Shown: in pieces, positions 11,455-24,448 of the stretch | Layout of the letters: each line of letters opens with the position of its first letter | Numbering within the stretch: the first letter of the stretch is position 1 | DNA from: Takakia lepidozioides | Lineage: Eukaryota > Plantae > Bryophyta | Assembly (NCBI GenBank): GCA_030704615.1 | Contig: CM060732.1 | Location: 64,108,001-64,172,000, forward strand | Length of the DNA: 64,000 nucleotides | Direction: 5' to 3' | Translations under genes and position numbers: made by a program | The notes under the pieces: generated by a model | Database searches by the model: none | Told to the model about the DNA's origin: nothing | The model's input: only the letters and a program-made list of their open reading frames with translations

Positions 11455-11870
11455 GTCCACCAGCAATCGACAGAATCACTCGTGACGGGAAATCTGGAAC
11501 CTCAATGGGTTGCATTGTTCCGAAACAACACAATTGCGGCCAGTCTTGATGAGCACAACTTGGTTGTCTGACCGTTTTAACCAGCAGTCCTGGCACTTGT
11601 CAGCGCGAACGTTCCTGTCTGCACCGAGAATACTGCTGGATCCACCCTCAGGAGATGTTATTTCGTCGCCGAATCGGCCATCATTGTCCTACTCACTGGC
11701 TATGGAATCAAACCTCCCACCTTCATGCATGTAGCTTGAAACAATACTTTCCACTTCAATGTGCGACTTCCAATTGTCGATGGACTCCGCAGATCCACTT
11801 AGATGGTGCCTGTGAGCCTTGGTCTGTCGCTATACTGAACCTCGCACTTGCCAACTCCGTGCGGTGTTCG

Positions 11871-14800
11871 ATGGCTCCGAATTCCTACGCTATAGTTTGC
11901 TGTCCTCCGCAACTTGGGAGAGCCTGGATCCCAAACGAGGGAGGACTTTGCAGAGTGACTGAAACTTACCTTTGTTCCAAATTCAAGCTCAAACCGGGCA
12001 CAGTTTATTTGGAAGAAGAAAGGAAGGATGTTCCTGGACAGGTTGACGAGACCATTGTCGTGCTAGGTAACGACGGAGGTTGCGGAATCGAATGGCACGT
12101 TCCCCCGTCAGACACCATCCTGTACCGAGCTGTGGGAATGCCCATTCCCTTTCCGAATCAGTCGCTGCCCACACCATCCACAAAGGAGTCCGGAAACCGA
12201 GAGGCGGCCACTGCCAACAGAGAGGTATGCAACGATAATCATTCCCGACCTGGACCGTCAAGACCCTCCATAGCTTCTCGTGTGGACGTATTCGACATTT
12301 CCGACGAGGAAGATGATTGCATTGAGGTACCCATGTCCTCCACACGGTCGTTCAAATCCGGCATGGACGTCTCTGTAGGTGCTACGCATGTGCCCTCGAG
12401 CATAACTCCAACCCGGTCCATTGTGCAGCTCCTACGACAACATCACCTCGATGGTTCTCGCTCCGAGCTGGCTGCTCTCGACTATGCCAAATTCCCAGTC
12501 AGAAAGGTAACTTTTCTGCCTCCCGAAGTCGATGGCAATGTCATCTTCGAGTTTCCACCTGTTTCTTCGTCAAAGAAAGCCTCCGGGATGTTAACAGACA
12601 TGGATCGAAAGCATGACGGACACCCCTGGTGTGTGACGAAGACCAGTAGCACGAAAATTGCTGATGGTGTTCGTGTACGATATGTCCTCTGTGCGGGGAA
12701 GCTGAGGTGCCTCAATCCCACCTGCTTCCACTTTCTCTCCAAAGGAGGGCGGAGAAACGAGACGGATTGGACTGGCACAACGCATCATCCATTCATTGTC
12801 TCCAGCCAAGCTCCTGCGGGTTCTTTCAAGTGTGCACATTGCAAAGAACCACCGACGTGCATGTCCATGTGCAGAGCCAAGCAATATTACGTAATCCATT
12901 TGCTCCCGGACTTGACTAGAGCTTGCATACACGTTGGGGTCCACTGCCACCCCTTGGCGAGAGGCAACATGCGTGAGGCTGTGCAGGAAGCACAGGACAT
13001 CATAAAAGAGGAGGTCAAATTGAGCCCCGGAGCCAGACCAAAGCAGATTCAGCTGAAGGCAGCCCACAAGATTGCTCTTGGCAAAATCATGTCTGAAGAT
13101 GGTTCCGACCGAGAGCCCTTGACCGAAGACGAGATGCGTGACCTCTTGGAGTCCGTCTCGCACGTTTGTAGTCCGAATGTGCGGAATCACATCGTATCTT
13201 GCAAGCAGGAGTTCGGCAGGGGGTCGGACATGTACTCAATCCTGGAGGTGAAACGAATGACTGGATATGACTACATCCAAGGTAGCAGGTTTCCAGGGCA
13301 AGGCAGCGAATCCGATCGTTGTTACATTTTCAAAATGTCGACGTGTGGGCCTGGGAGTGGAGTCGACTTGGTCACTCGCATGACAACTGGAAACTTGTCG
13401 AATGCTTGGGTGATGTTTGATCACATCAAGCGAATTACAAACCATCAGTGGGTGACTATGGGTGCGCATGTTTATGACTATCACTCCAAGAGGCTCATGA
13501 CGATTGCAATCTGCGAGATGAAAGGGGAGGACACACAGTCCGAGATGCATCTGTGGGAGGGCATAAACCAGCAGATGGCAAGGGCGGGATTGCCAGAGCC
13601 CAATTTCAGGGGATTCATGGCAGACAACGCTCAGGCCAACTGGGCAGCGGTGCGGCGTGTGTACGGTGAGGACCCCAATGTTCCAATGGAGGGGAAAGAG
13701 AGATCCTGTGGATTCCATTGGATGCAGAGTCTATCCCACTACACTACCAAATTTGTTGCTAGCTCATTCCAGGCTGAACACCGTGTCCTTTGTACGGCGT
13801 GGAAGGATGCACCCACATTTGATGACGCGGAGGTTAAGTTTGCTATCATCGAGGCTTGGTGGAACACGTCAGGTGCAGTGGAGACAACCAATCTGGGAGC
13901 ATTGCACAGCTGGTTGGGGTGGTGGCATTTTCGGTATCGACAGTTCGGACAGTACATGCGGGAGGTAGGCTGCTGTCATTTTCGTTCATTTGTCTTTCTG
14001 TTACGGACATTTCGATTGGTCCCTCACCGTTGTTTGTGTCCTTCTAGGAGCGGTGCTTGGATTCCGACACGGACATGCCGAACACGAATATGGCAGAATC
14101 GGTCCACTCCTCCTGGCGAGCGTCTTCTGCCGCACATCTGGTGGACGTAGTCACAGCCACAACGGAGGACATCGACAGAGCAATCATGCAGCAAGCCACG
14201 TACTACAAGTTCCTGAGCGGCAAACAATGGGGCTTTGGGCCGGACAGGGAGGAATTGTTGGTACGAACAGCTTCGAGGTCCAAGAATCCAGTGAAATGGG
14301 CGACAGCATTGCGAGAGAAGATCAAAGGGACGCCTCTGCACCGCAGAGGTGAACACCTAGAGGGGGACGTCCGGACTCGCCCTGTCAGGCGGAGGATTGA
14401 AGAGGAACCGGGTGCGAAGAGGATTCCTGGAGATCCGACAGGAACATTCGGACAGCACCTCGAGGTCCCGTCATGTTGCCGCACAATGTGTCTTCCAGCA
14501 GTGGAAGCCCAAGAAATTCCAGATCGCCGTCGCCTTCAACCGGGGATTTCGTGCAACAAATTCCCACCGCTCCCTTGCCCCACATTCCGCCCGCTGTTAT
14601 GCAGTATGGCCAAGCCATTGTGGAGACGACTGTGTCTGCCTCACAGTGGAGAATTGCTCGCACAAAGCCGTCGTTTCGAGGAAGGTGTTCCGCAATTCGT
14701 GTGGATACACGGCAACGTTGTTTAGAGATGATAAGGAGGAATCCAGATGGGGCTGTCCCTGCTCCTACTTTTACAGGAAGATTTGTCCATGCAAAGTTTG

Positions 14801-15477
14801 CGGAGGCGACAACCACCCAGTTCTGGTTCTGCAGGCACGACATTATGACTTGCGTGTATGGAAAGCCCAAGTACGGCATACAGACAATGCCAGAGGCTCC
14901 CCCGGTGTGGCCGGTGGAACCAGGCTGCGATCTGAGTCAGGTTGAGGCCGACGCCCTTACCGCCGCAGGATTTCGGATGGTGCAGCGCACTGACGTGCCC
15001 ACACAACCATTTCCGCTTCCACAGCCTCCACCACCGACCCCTATGAGAGCAAGAACAATGGGACACGACAGCTCTAAGCATCCTACACACCGTTGGGGGA
15101 AACCGAAGAGGCGGCGACCTCCCTCAAAAGTGAACGAGACAAGGATGGGGAATGCACTTCGGATGAACTGTACAATCCAGAGCTCGACAGAAGTGCCCCC
15201 ACCAGGATTCGGGCGTGTGTATCAGATGGCCACGGCGGGCTCAGCTGTTCGCAATGAGGTGTACACCATCACCATTTCAGAATTACCCACCTGCAATTGC
15301 ACCGACTTCCAGATCATGGCGAACAAGGGGGCATCATACTGCCCTTGCAAGCATTTGTACTACGTGTACCTAAAGAGACTCCGTTGTAATTCCACAACTC
15401 ATCACTTCATACATGCACCAGGGTTGAGCACCCAGGAGGTTCACACTCTTCTGAATATGGATCCAGGGGACCAGTGA
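11871..15477 (+). CDS. MULE-type transposase with N-terminal GCM-like Zn domain and C-terminal SWIM finger
   Basis: GCM-like ligand pattern C-x5-C-x4-C...C-x2-C-x9-C...HxHP (about 12616-12953). DDE core WVMFDH, FMADNAQA, CGFH and TNMAES. A phase-0 intron 13965-14047 (GT..AG) joins the two halves of the core. SWIM CNCTDF...CPCKHL at about 15292-15354. One frameshift near 14400-14470. Confidence 0.88.
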
Positions 15478-16199
15478 GCTTGGCTTGCGGTCCACATACA
15501 ATGGTACGCCCATCCTTTTCGGATAGTAGAACTGTACTGCTGCCAGTACCTCAGACTCTGGCCACACAAAGGTCCGACATATGTCTTGCCTACCAATAAC
15601 CTGTTTTGATCGAACTAAGATATTACTATATCGTTCACTTGTTTCCACGTGCATGTATTTTTGTATGTTGGAGGGTTCATGTTTTTCTGCTTTCCGAAAA
15701 CTTGCTCTCCTCATTCGACCTCCGACAAGGAAATGCGGCGCCGAATTTCCAAGTATCGTCGTAGGTACCCCCAGAGGCGGCCTTCGCCAACACCAAACCG
15801 CTCCGAAATTTCGCACGTGCGAACCCTAATGCGGCACCCTATTTCCCAGTTCAGTTGCAAACCTTTCCCGCCGAATACCCGAAGAAGACAGAATTGTGAA
15901 GTACTGCATACTGTATTGGTGCAGACTCCATTGGTTCAATCGCGGCAAAAGGGTCAGCTTCATTCCAATGTTAAGGCATGTAAAACCGCGGAATACTCTA
16001 TACAGGCCAGTATGCGACGTCCTTTTGCAGTGGTATACTGGATTTCCCGTTGCACGGTCACTTATTTCCATGAGCGGATCTATAAAACCATGAGCGGACT
16101 TGTTACTGACGACATATCTTCGCCGCATTACATGATCTGGAACGTCCAAAAACGGCAAGGTCAAATAAAAAACTATTATTTTAATACTTGTTTAATCTG

Positions 16200-16326
16200 C
16201 CGCATTTCCAAATTTGGAGGAGTCCGCTCATGAAATCCGCGTATCTTAGACTTCGGCTCACCGCTCATGCGGCTCATGCGGCTCATGGCTCATGGCTCAT
16301 GGTTTCTGCTCATGAAATAGTAAACC
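16200..16326 (-). repeat. Right imperfect TIR of the MULE
   Basis: GCTCATG multimers ending in gctcatgaaatagtaaacc, the inverse of the left terminus. Confidence 0.75.
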
Positions 16327-16389
16327 TGGGTCCATCATATGGGATAATCAAGTACCACACCCACGAATCTTGAAGAGTGACAGTGTACA

Positions 16390-19300
16390 CCGGGTCAATG
16401 GGTGAACCAATCGTTCCCCTGCCAAATGATTTTAGATTGATTTGAAACTTTGGGAGTGTGTTGTACATGCCCTTTTTAAGTTACCGGACAAGTATGAGGT
16501 CAATCTAAAATGGTTCTAAGGGTGAATCAATAGTTCCCATATTAAATGATTCATGATTGAAAATTGGTTGAAAGGTTTAACGAGTCGTTTGGGGGGCAAA
16601 TGATTATTTCTTCGCTTGCAACTTTATGTACGTGATTTGTACGTACTTAAGCAGATATGGACCAAAGTTGAGCTTCAACAAAGTTGTTTGAATCGGTTAT
16701 TCAAATTCATAAGGAGAAACAACCTTTCGCCTGCACATTTTAATTCCATTCTGAAGCCATATGCTTGATAACAACATGAAGAGTTGCATGCAAAATATCA
16801 CCATGAACAGATATCGTCTGCATCCAGAACACATTTTATTCCCTCATTTGCACTCCAAGGTGAAGTTATCTTCAACTTCATGCACTCTTCATAGAGAGTT
16901 CTGCAATAGTGAGCATAGAACAAAGGATGAACGTTTTTTTCCAAATATTTTTCTTTGGTACATTTTTTGGCAAGGATGTGGTGGTGTGAGGGTTCAACTC
17001 ACAGAACAAAATCAAGCCAAAAACAAAATCATTGCGCCCCACAATCCTATGCCCTCTAAATCATTTTATTTAGTAAAAATCCAGTTCAATTCAAAATTAG
17101 ATGAAAGGGTGAACGGAAACTTCCCCAATGAAATGATATTTTATTGCTCCGAAACTTTGAAAGTGTCTTCTACATGCCCTTTTACACGTCTTTGAGAAGT
17201 ATGACATCAATCTAAAATGGTTTAAAGGGTGAACCAATCGTCCCCCTACCAAATGATTTTAAATTGATTTGAAACTTTGCAAGTGTCTTGTACATGCCCT
17301 TTTACAGGTCTTTCACAAGTTTCAAATCAATCTAAAATGGTTGAAAGGGTGAATCAATCATGAACATATCAAATGATTTTGGAGTGCTTTAAAGCTTTGC
17401 AAGTGTCTTTCACATGCCATTTTAAAGGTACCGGACAAGTATGAGGTCAGTAAAATATGGTTGAAAGGGTGAACCAATTGTTCCCCTATCAAATGATTTT
17501 ACATTGCTTTGAAGCTTTGCAAGTGTCAGCCACATGCCCTCCTACAAGTACCGGTTAAGTATGACGTGAATAAAAAATGGTTGAAAGGGTGAACCAATCA
17601 TTCCGCTATCAAATGATTTTATATTGTTTTGGATGTCATTGCTTTGGTAATTCTAGCCCCCCAATGGCCCATCGTAACCCTTGAATTACAATTCAAAATG
17701 CAATTCAAGCCCTTAAAATTGGTAATGCCAGTCCCTAAAATGACCAACCCCGGCCGCCCCTCAAATTGTAATTTCAGCCCTTGAAATTGTCAATTCCAAC
17801 CCCTCAAATTGCACTTCTAGCCCCTGCAATGGCAATTCCCGCCCCTCAAATTGCAACTGTAGCCTGTGAAATGGCAATTGCTAGTGCAGCCCCTGAAATT
17901 GGCAATTGAAGCCCCTGGAATGGCAGTTTCAGCCCCTCAAATTGCAAGTTCAGCCTTTGAAATTGGCAATTCGAGCCCCATAAATGGCAATTTCGGCCCT
18001 TGAAATTGGCTATGGGTGAACCAATCATTCCCCTGCCAAATGATTTTGGATTCATTTGAAACTTTGCGGGTGTTTTGTACATGCCCTCTTAAAGTTCCTG
18101 GACAAGTATGGTGTCAATGTTAAATGGTTCAAAGGGTGAACCAACAGTTTCCCTGTTGGATGATTCATGATTAATCGTTAACGATTGATCTCATATTACA
18201 CTGGGACCTATCAGAGGGTACATTGAAGACACTTTCCAAGTTTCAAAACGAACAAAAATCATTTGGATGGGCAACCATCCGTAGGCCCATTGAAATTTTT
18301 TTGATTGATCTCATATTACTCTGGGGCCTCTTCCATGGCACATTGAACATACTGGCCAAGTCTCAAAGCGAACCAAAATCATCTCGATGGCCAACCATCC
18401 GTTGAGCCATTGAATGAATTTCGATTGATCTGATATTAATCCAGGACTTGTGAGAGGGTGTCTTAAACGTACTGGCAAAGTTTGGAAGCAAACAAAAATG
18501 ATTTGGATGGGCAACCATCCGTTCACCCGTTGAATGTATTCCGCTGGATCTGCTATTGCTTTGGGACCTATTGGACTGTGTTTCGCGTACTCACAATTTT
18601 TTTTTCATTCTGTTTTTGAATGGGGTGTGTAATGTAGCCATATGCAACGTGCGTGCCAAATTTAGGAGCGAACATAATTCATTTGGACCCAAAACCACAG
18701 TTTCTTCCCTGTTTTGCACTCCAAACTTGATTTGTGTTCAACTTCATGCACTCTTCATAGAGAGTTCTGCAATAGTGAGCGAAGAGAACACTTTTTTTGG
18801 GGGGCATTTTTTATTGGTCCAAATTTTGGCGGGGGAGTAGTGGTGGGATGCTGGAAACCACAGAACAAAATTGAGCCAAAAACAAAATCGATACGTGCTA
18901 GAGACCCCCAATGAAAGGCAGTGCAAACTTATTTATTGGCTTAAAATTAATTTAAATTCAATTACATTATGGAATGGCTTGGTGTCGATGGGGAGGCAAA
19001 TGATTTATTCGTTTGTTGTGTCTCCGCACATGTGTTACACACATGTTCAAGCACATGCGGGCAAAAGAGGGGCTTCAACCACATCCGTTCAATGGGTGCA
19101 ATAGCCGTGTACGCATAGCAGGATTTCTTTTTCGCAATGAACAAAAACCAGATGACAACTGAACGCCTCATTGGCCCATTGAATGAATTTTGATTGATCT
19201 TATATTACACTGGGACCTATCAGAGGGTACATTGAACACACTGGCCAAGTCTCAAAGCGAACGAAAATCATTTGGATGGGCAACCATCCGTTGGCCCATT

Positions 19301-19815
19301 GAACGAATTTCGATTGATCTCATATTACTCTGGGCCTCTTCCATGGTACATTGAATATACTAGCCAAGTTTCAAAGCGAACCAAAATCATTTGGAGGTAT
19401 TCACTGTTCATTTATTTGTGATTAATCGTTAATAGTGAAAAGGATAAACCAAAGGTTCATTGATATAAAAAAAAATTGAATGATTTGAAATTTTGCTAGT
19501 ATGTTCTACATGCCTATTACATGGACCGGACAAGTATGAGATCAATCAAAAATGGTTCACAGGAGGAACCAATGGTTACTTGATGTGCCAAATTTCTGAA
19601 TGCTTTCAAACTTTGCCATTGCATTGTACATGCCCTCTTAAAGGTACTGGACAAGTATGAGTTCGATTTAAAATATTGCAATGGGTGAACCAATGGTATC
19701 TTCGTTCAACAATTTTTGATTGTTTTGAAACTTTGCCAGTATATTGTACATGCCGTCAAACAGGTATCGAACAAGTATGAGGTCATTCAAAAATGGTTCA
19801 AAGGATGAACCTCGT
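16390..19815. repeat. ~120-bp AT-rich tandem repeat family in mixed orientation
   Basis: Forward units aatggttgaaagggtgaaccaatc...aaatgatttt...gaaactttgcaagtgtc...acatgcc...gacaagtatga recur every ~120 bp (17100-17640). Reverse-orientation units occupy 18185-19395 and forward units resume at 19480-19815. Confidence 0.85.
17650..18012. repeat. ~21-bp minisatellite (gcccctgaaattggcaatt-like)
   Basis: About 15 degenerate copies of gcccct(c/g)aaat(t/g)gcaatt in tandem. Confidence 0.8.
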
Positions 19816-19908
19816 ATTTCCAAAAATTACGTAGACTATACAGTGGGTTGCACATTTAAATTTTCACAACTTGAGACCTTTGGCCTACTCCCTACGTTTC
19901 TAGCCTTT

Positions 19909-22900
19909 CTAGTCATCTCCATCTAGATTTATTACTTCGTTGTCTTCATCTCCAGATATTGATGAAGATGCTTCAGGTGTAGAGGACGTGCCTCCACCAG
20001 TACGGAGAGCTCAAGCCTGGGCTCGAGTGGTCAAAGATGGACCCAGTGTTGTGTGGTCCACCCTTGCCATAATGCGTAGCATTCTAGGCGAGTGCTGACT
20101 ATTTTCCACATTTGCCAGAGTCGGGTGTGTCGCTCTTGCTACGGCGGCATGCAATTTTTCAATTAAATCCGATATGTTTGGAAGTGGCAAGAACACCCCT
20201 GGAATAGGGGCAACTTGGTCACGCCATGTGTTCTGCCAATACTTTACAACACTCGTGATAGCAGCCTTGAAATTGTCCAACACCTCCTCCTGCTGGGGGT
20301 CTCTGCGCAACTCTGGAAGAAATGGCCCTTCATCCCGACGAGGCACCCAGTACGTCTCATTCATATCATCCCAACGGATGCTAGCGGCCTCCAACTCCCT
20401 CAGAAATAGGTCTCTCCCAATTGGTTCGCGATTGTATGGGTCGTTTTCCGCTGGCACCCACGGATCCTCAAGCAGTCGGAAGAATCTTTGTCTGGTACAG
20501 CTCCAATGCCCTCCCAAGTTCCGGCAAAAAAAACTCCCTTTGGACTGGGTCCCGTATGCCTCTAGCATGCACGGTTATTTCCCAGTTGGATGTCACCCAA
20601 AAGGTCACCGGATCTTTAACCCTAGTTAACGTCTTCGCATCCAAGGCGTGCATCTCTCTTGGAGCATCCCATGTCATTGTCTCCCCCAAGTGCTGTCAAT
20701 TTAAAAAATCGTAAGGCGATACATCCAATGGCATGTTGTACCGGTTGTACTTGTATCCCGTGGGCATATTGTCTTGCAACCCAAACAACTCGTAGAAACG
20801 TCGATGGATTGGTCCACGGCAGTCGGGGCATTGGCTGGCTCACATGGCTGCCGATATGAGACATGCGGGATGGAACAAATGGCCACATGAACCTGTAGTG
20901 TGAATGCAGGGGGTAAAAATTCAAGTTTTTGTTTGGCATCAGGTTTCGGCACTACTACAAAGGGAGTGCCCTTCGTGCTAATGAAGGGGAGGAATTGTTC
21001 ATAACTTGAGGTAATTCCATGGAAAGACTATGCTATTGATCTGCCAAGAACAAAATATGGCTAAGTTATGACATGCACCTTTTTCATCCCTAGGATGAAT
21101 GATTTTCATCCATGATGTTGAACCCTAGAAGCAGGATGTGAAATTCGAAGGGGAACAGTGCGTGTATCTTTTCGCAGCTGCTGCAGTGGTGTTGGCAGCA
21201 CAGGATATCTGAGAAAGTTCCACCTACGCAAAGGGTATCAGCTTGCTTTTAAGAGAAACGTTAAGAGCTCCTGCTTGGCTTTCTGTGCAAGAAGAAGCGG
21301 TGCCGCCTTCTTCGTAAGCAATGATCAAACCTGAGGGATCAGGTTTGTGATAAGGGCGGTGCACCACTGCTGTCGCCATTGTCTTGATGAGCACATTAAT
21401 GAGGAGATGGAGCGGCTCAGCAGGTGTTGGGGGATGAGAAATGCAGGCTGGTGTGTATAGCGCCTCAGGTTGTCTGTGATCAAATCTTGTAGCTGCTGTC
21501 TGTTTTTGAGCTTTAGGACCAGATCACTTTGTAAGGGAATAGTGTAAGCATCTTTTCGCAGCTGCTGCAGTGGTGTTGGCAGTACAGCATATCTTAGGAA
21601 GTTCCACCTACGCAAAGGGAATCAGCTTGCCTTAAAGAGCGACGTTAAGGGATCTGGCTTGGCATTCTGTGCAAGAGGAAGCGGTGCCGCCTTCTGGTGT
21701 GTATGGCGCTTAAGCTATCTATAATTAAGTTTTGTATCTACTCTCTGTCTTAAGGGCTGTAGGACCAGATCACTTCATAGGGAAGAAATGCACATGTAGA
21801 AGGATAGGGTAGAGGTTGGCAGGCACAAGGATGTGCCAGCAGCTGAAGCAGAGCCGTCATGCCTTAATGAGGACTGGAATCACGATAAGAAGAAACGTCG
21901 GAAATGGCTGACGAGGGAGATGACAAGGTGCCTTCTTGACAGGCAGACCCACCGCTTCAATGAGTATAAGACAGATAAGTTCGAAGAGTGGCCCCCCTTT
22001 TTTTTGTGACTTAGAAATCGCTTTGTGAAGTTTGCACTGTCTCTTGTATGTGGTAAGAGACACTGACATGTGAGGAAGAAAAAGATCTTTGGAAATGGAA
22101 TGAAGACACTGGACTTCAAACCAGGATGGACTGGAGATGGATGCACCTGCTGTTACATTGTACAGTAGGAAAAATGAATGGAAACAGGGTTGACTCGTTG
22201 CTGGGACAGAATGGTTGCTGTTGTTGTATTCTTGTTCTTTGTTTCAGCGTCATGAGCTTGTACAAACAATCTAGCCTGGGATGTTGACACATTGTAGCCA
22301 ATGTGGAACTAGCTTAGTAGGTAGAGGAAACCAGTGAGGGTTAGATAGAACTGTTTGGAAACAACAAGAAGGGATGATGTGGATGGGGCAGAAAAACCAA
22401 CATCTGTTTGGGTTTGGATCTGATTCTTAGAGTGCTCTCAGCATGTGAACCACTGAGGTTCACAGTTGATGGGAAAAAGAGAGCTGTCAGGGTGTGTAAA
22501 TTGAGACCTGTAGAAGGGTTGAGAGCTGTCTTGGGCAAATGGCTACACCTGGGAAAAGTGGAGTGTGAAGCATCTGTCATTGGCAAGAGAGGGACTGATA
22601 AAAGGGCTGATTATATCTTGTGTGACCAAGGTTTATTCCAATGCTGGGTGCACCGGATGCTTGGCTGAATGCGCATTGCATTGCATCATAGACATGCTAC
22701 AGTGGAAAGAGTGAGGAACCTACTCACCCTGAAAGAAAGAGAGAGGGAGAGAGAAAAGGACATAAGGGAGAGAGCTGACCAGCAAGAGGGGATGGTGAGG
22801 AATGGATGATTGGGGAGGTAAGATAAAGAAAGCATGAACCCATGAAGGGCCAAACTGGTGGGCCTGCAACTCATGGCAGATCTGAGTTGCCTCCTTCTAA

Positions 22901-24448
22901 ATCGTGATCTTATTACAAAGGGGCTTCCACGTGTTGCTGTCCAAGGGAGCTGCCCACAAGGGCAGTGGTCATCACTGACGTAGGGCTGGTTGCATCACTG
23001 AAGACAACATGGTAACATGGCTGGTGCAGTGTACCAGGGAAAGGATGTCGTATAGAAGTAGAACCACGGGTGAAAACAATACAGACTCCCCATCCATGTC
23101 TTCTCTTCCGCTGCGGCGTGGATGAGGATTGTGTGAACTCTGATCATGAAGGACCTGAGGGAAACCCACACCGAGTGACGATGGTTGGATCACTGAGAGG
23201 AGAGCTCCTTTCCTTCCTTCCGATTGACCTGGGGAGGAGCACAACTAGACTTGCATAGAAGGGGATTCACGCCCCTTCTTTTCACACTACAAACCAAGCA
23301 TATAGCCTCCCTCCGGTCCGTAAGGGTTTAGGCACATTGTGCACACCGTATCATCTGTTACCCATAACGTTGGATTGCTCTGTGGTATCCACGTCCGTTT
23401 ATCCTCATGAATGTAGGATGACATCCTCATCATCTGTTACCCATGACGTTGTATGATGACATCCTCGTCCACTATGGGGTCCTTCCCTTTTCTTGCCTTC
23501 TCTGCCGCAAGTCTTTCTTCCTCTACCCTCGCTGGGTCCAGTTCAGACGTTTGCACTTCATTCCCATGCTCGATTGAGTCAACCCCGTCGATGACGCGGT
23601 CAATGTCCATTGGTGGCATATTCAAACGAGCCAATATGTCTTGCTCGTTGGTGATTGGCCTCTGGTCTTGAAGCACACCACGTATGCTATCGAGAGTCCC
23701 CAACCTCATTCTTTCCAGCAACTTCGCTATTTGCCACCGTTGCAAATGAACAATGTCCTGCAGGTCTTTGATGTGTTGTTCATGTGCCGCCCACTGTTCC
23801 TCCGCCTCAGACGTTGAAGGCCCGGCTGCGGAGACCTCTTGCGGCGTATAATCTGGAGGTTGGTCTGCATTTCCTCCTTCTTCCACATCGTCGTTTCCAT
23901 CCGTCTTTCCTCCTTCTTCCACCTCGTCGTTTCCATCGAACCGTATGATGTCCTGCCCCTGACGTATATACAAGTCTGGGATATCAAAGAACATGTATAG
24001 TCTAGTACGCTGTCTCGCAGTGGCAGTTTGCCAATCCACTGGTCGCAATAAAATCAACTCTGTGTACAACATGGCCGCAAATAAATACGGGACCTTGTTG
24101 TTGACGAGCGGTTGACCCCACAATGTTGTATGTACCTCCTCTGCCCTGTGGCGGAAATGCGGGTTGGCGCAGGAATGCAAGCTAGCTTGATCTTGTTTGG
24201 TTTGTGGATCATGCCTATCTCTGGGTCAAATGATTTATGTGACACCAGTCCACAAATTTCCTGCAATCACCAAGCGACCACCGCAGCCCCAACTTCCAAA
24301 CTTCCCAACCTGGTTCCGCAAGAATGTTGGGGTCATTGTATATGTCCCAACGAAGTTCGTGCCTGGCCCTTTTTGGTTTTTTTTTGGGAGGTCCAGGTTC
24401 ATTATCGTCATCCCTGGGATGACCTCCTCTATCTTCCTCCTCTGCCAT
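19909..24448 (-). pseudogene. Intronless RING-H2 E3-ligase-like gene, copy 1 (split by a solo LTR)
   Basis: Start MAEEEDRGGHPRDDDNEPGPPKKK is homologous to 31621. Removing 20894-23291 plus one TSD restores CTMCLNPYGPEGGYMLGSCGHLFHPAC...CPDCR in frame. The C-terminus DHTTLGPSLTTR matches DHMSLGPSLTTR of copy 2. Confidence 0.85.
20894..23291. mobile_element. Solo LTR (2398 bp)
   Basis: Termini TGTAGTGTGAA...TTCACACTACA (11-bp inverted repeat, TG..CA). 4-bp TSD AACC at 20890-20893 and 23292-23295. No coding capacity. Internal duplication about 21160-21320 / 21545-21700. Confidence 0.85.

Larger units (their letters stand above)
1603..16323. mobile_element. Mutator-like (MULE) DNA transposon carrying a ParB-like/methyltransferase cargo gene
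   Basis: Inverted termini built of CATGAGC repeats: left ctatttcatgagccatgagccatgagcggcatgagc, right gctcatgcggctcatggctcatgg...gctcatgaaatag. ACCTGGGTC flanks both ends (1594-1602 and 16324-16332), a 9-bp size typical of Mutator TSDs. Internal MULE transposase. Exact end bases are uncertain by a few nt. Confidence 0.8.

Noticed and set aside
3166-11596. Many short ORFs with repeated MRRRIS / KCGAAF / NAAPHF peptides
   Set aside because: These are six-frame translations of the DNA palindrome and appear equally on both strands.
20894-23291. CACTA element termini (cactac / gtagtg motifs)
   Set aside because: The motifs are part of TG..CA LTR-type ends with a 4-bp TSD. I found no correctly oriented CACTA..TAGTG pair with a 3-bp TSD here or around the hairpin arrays.
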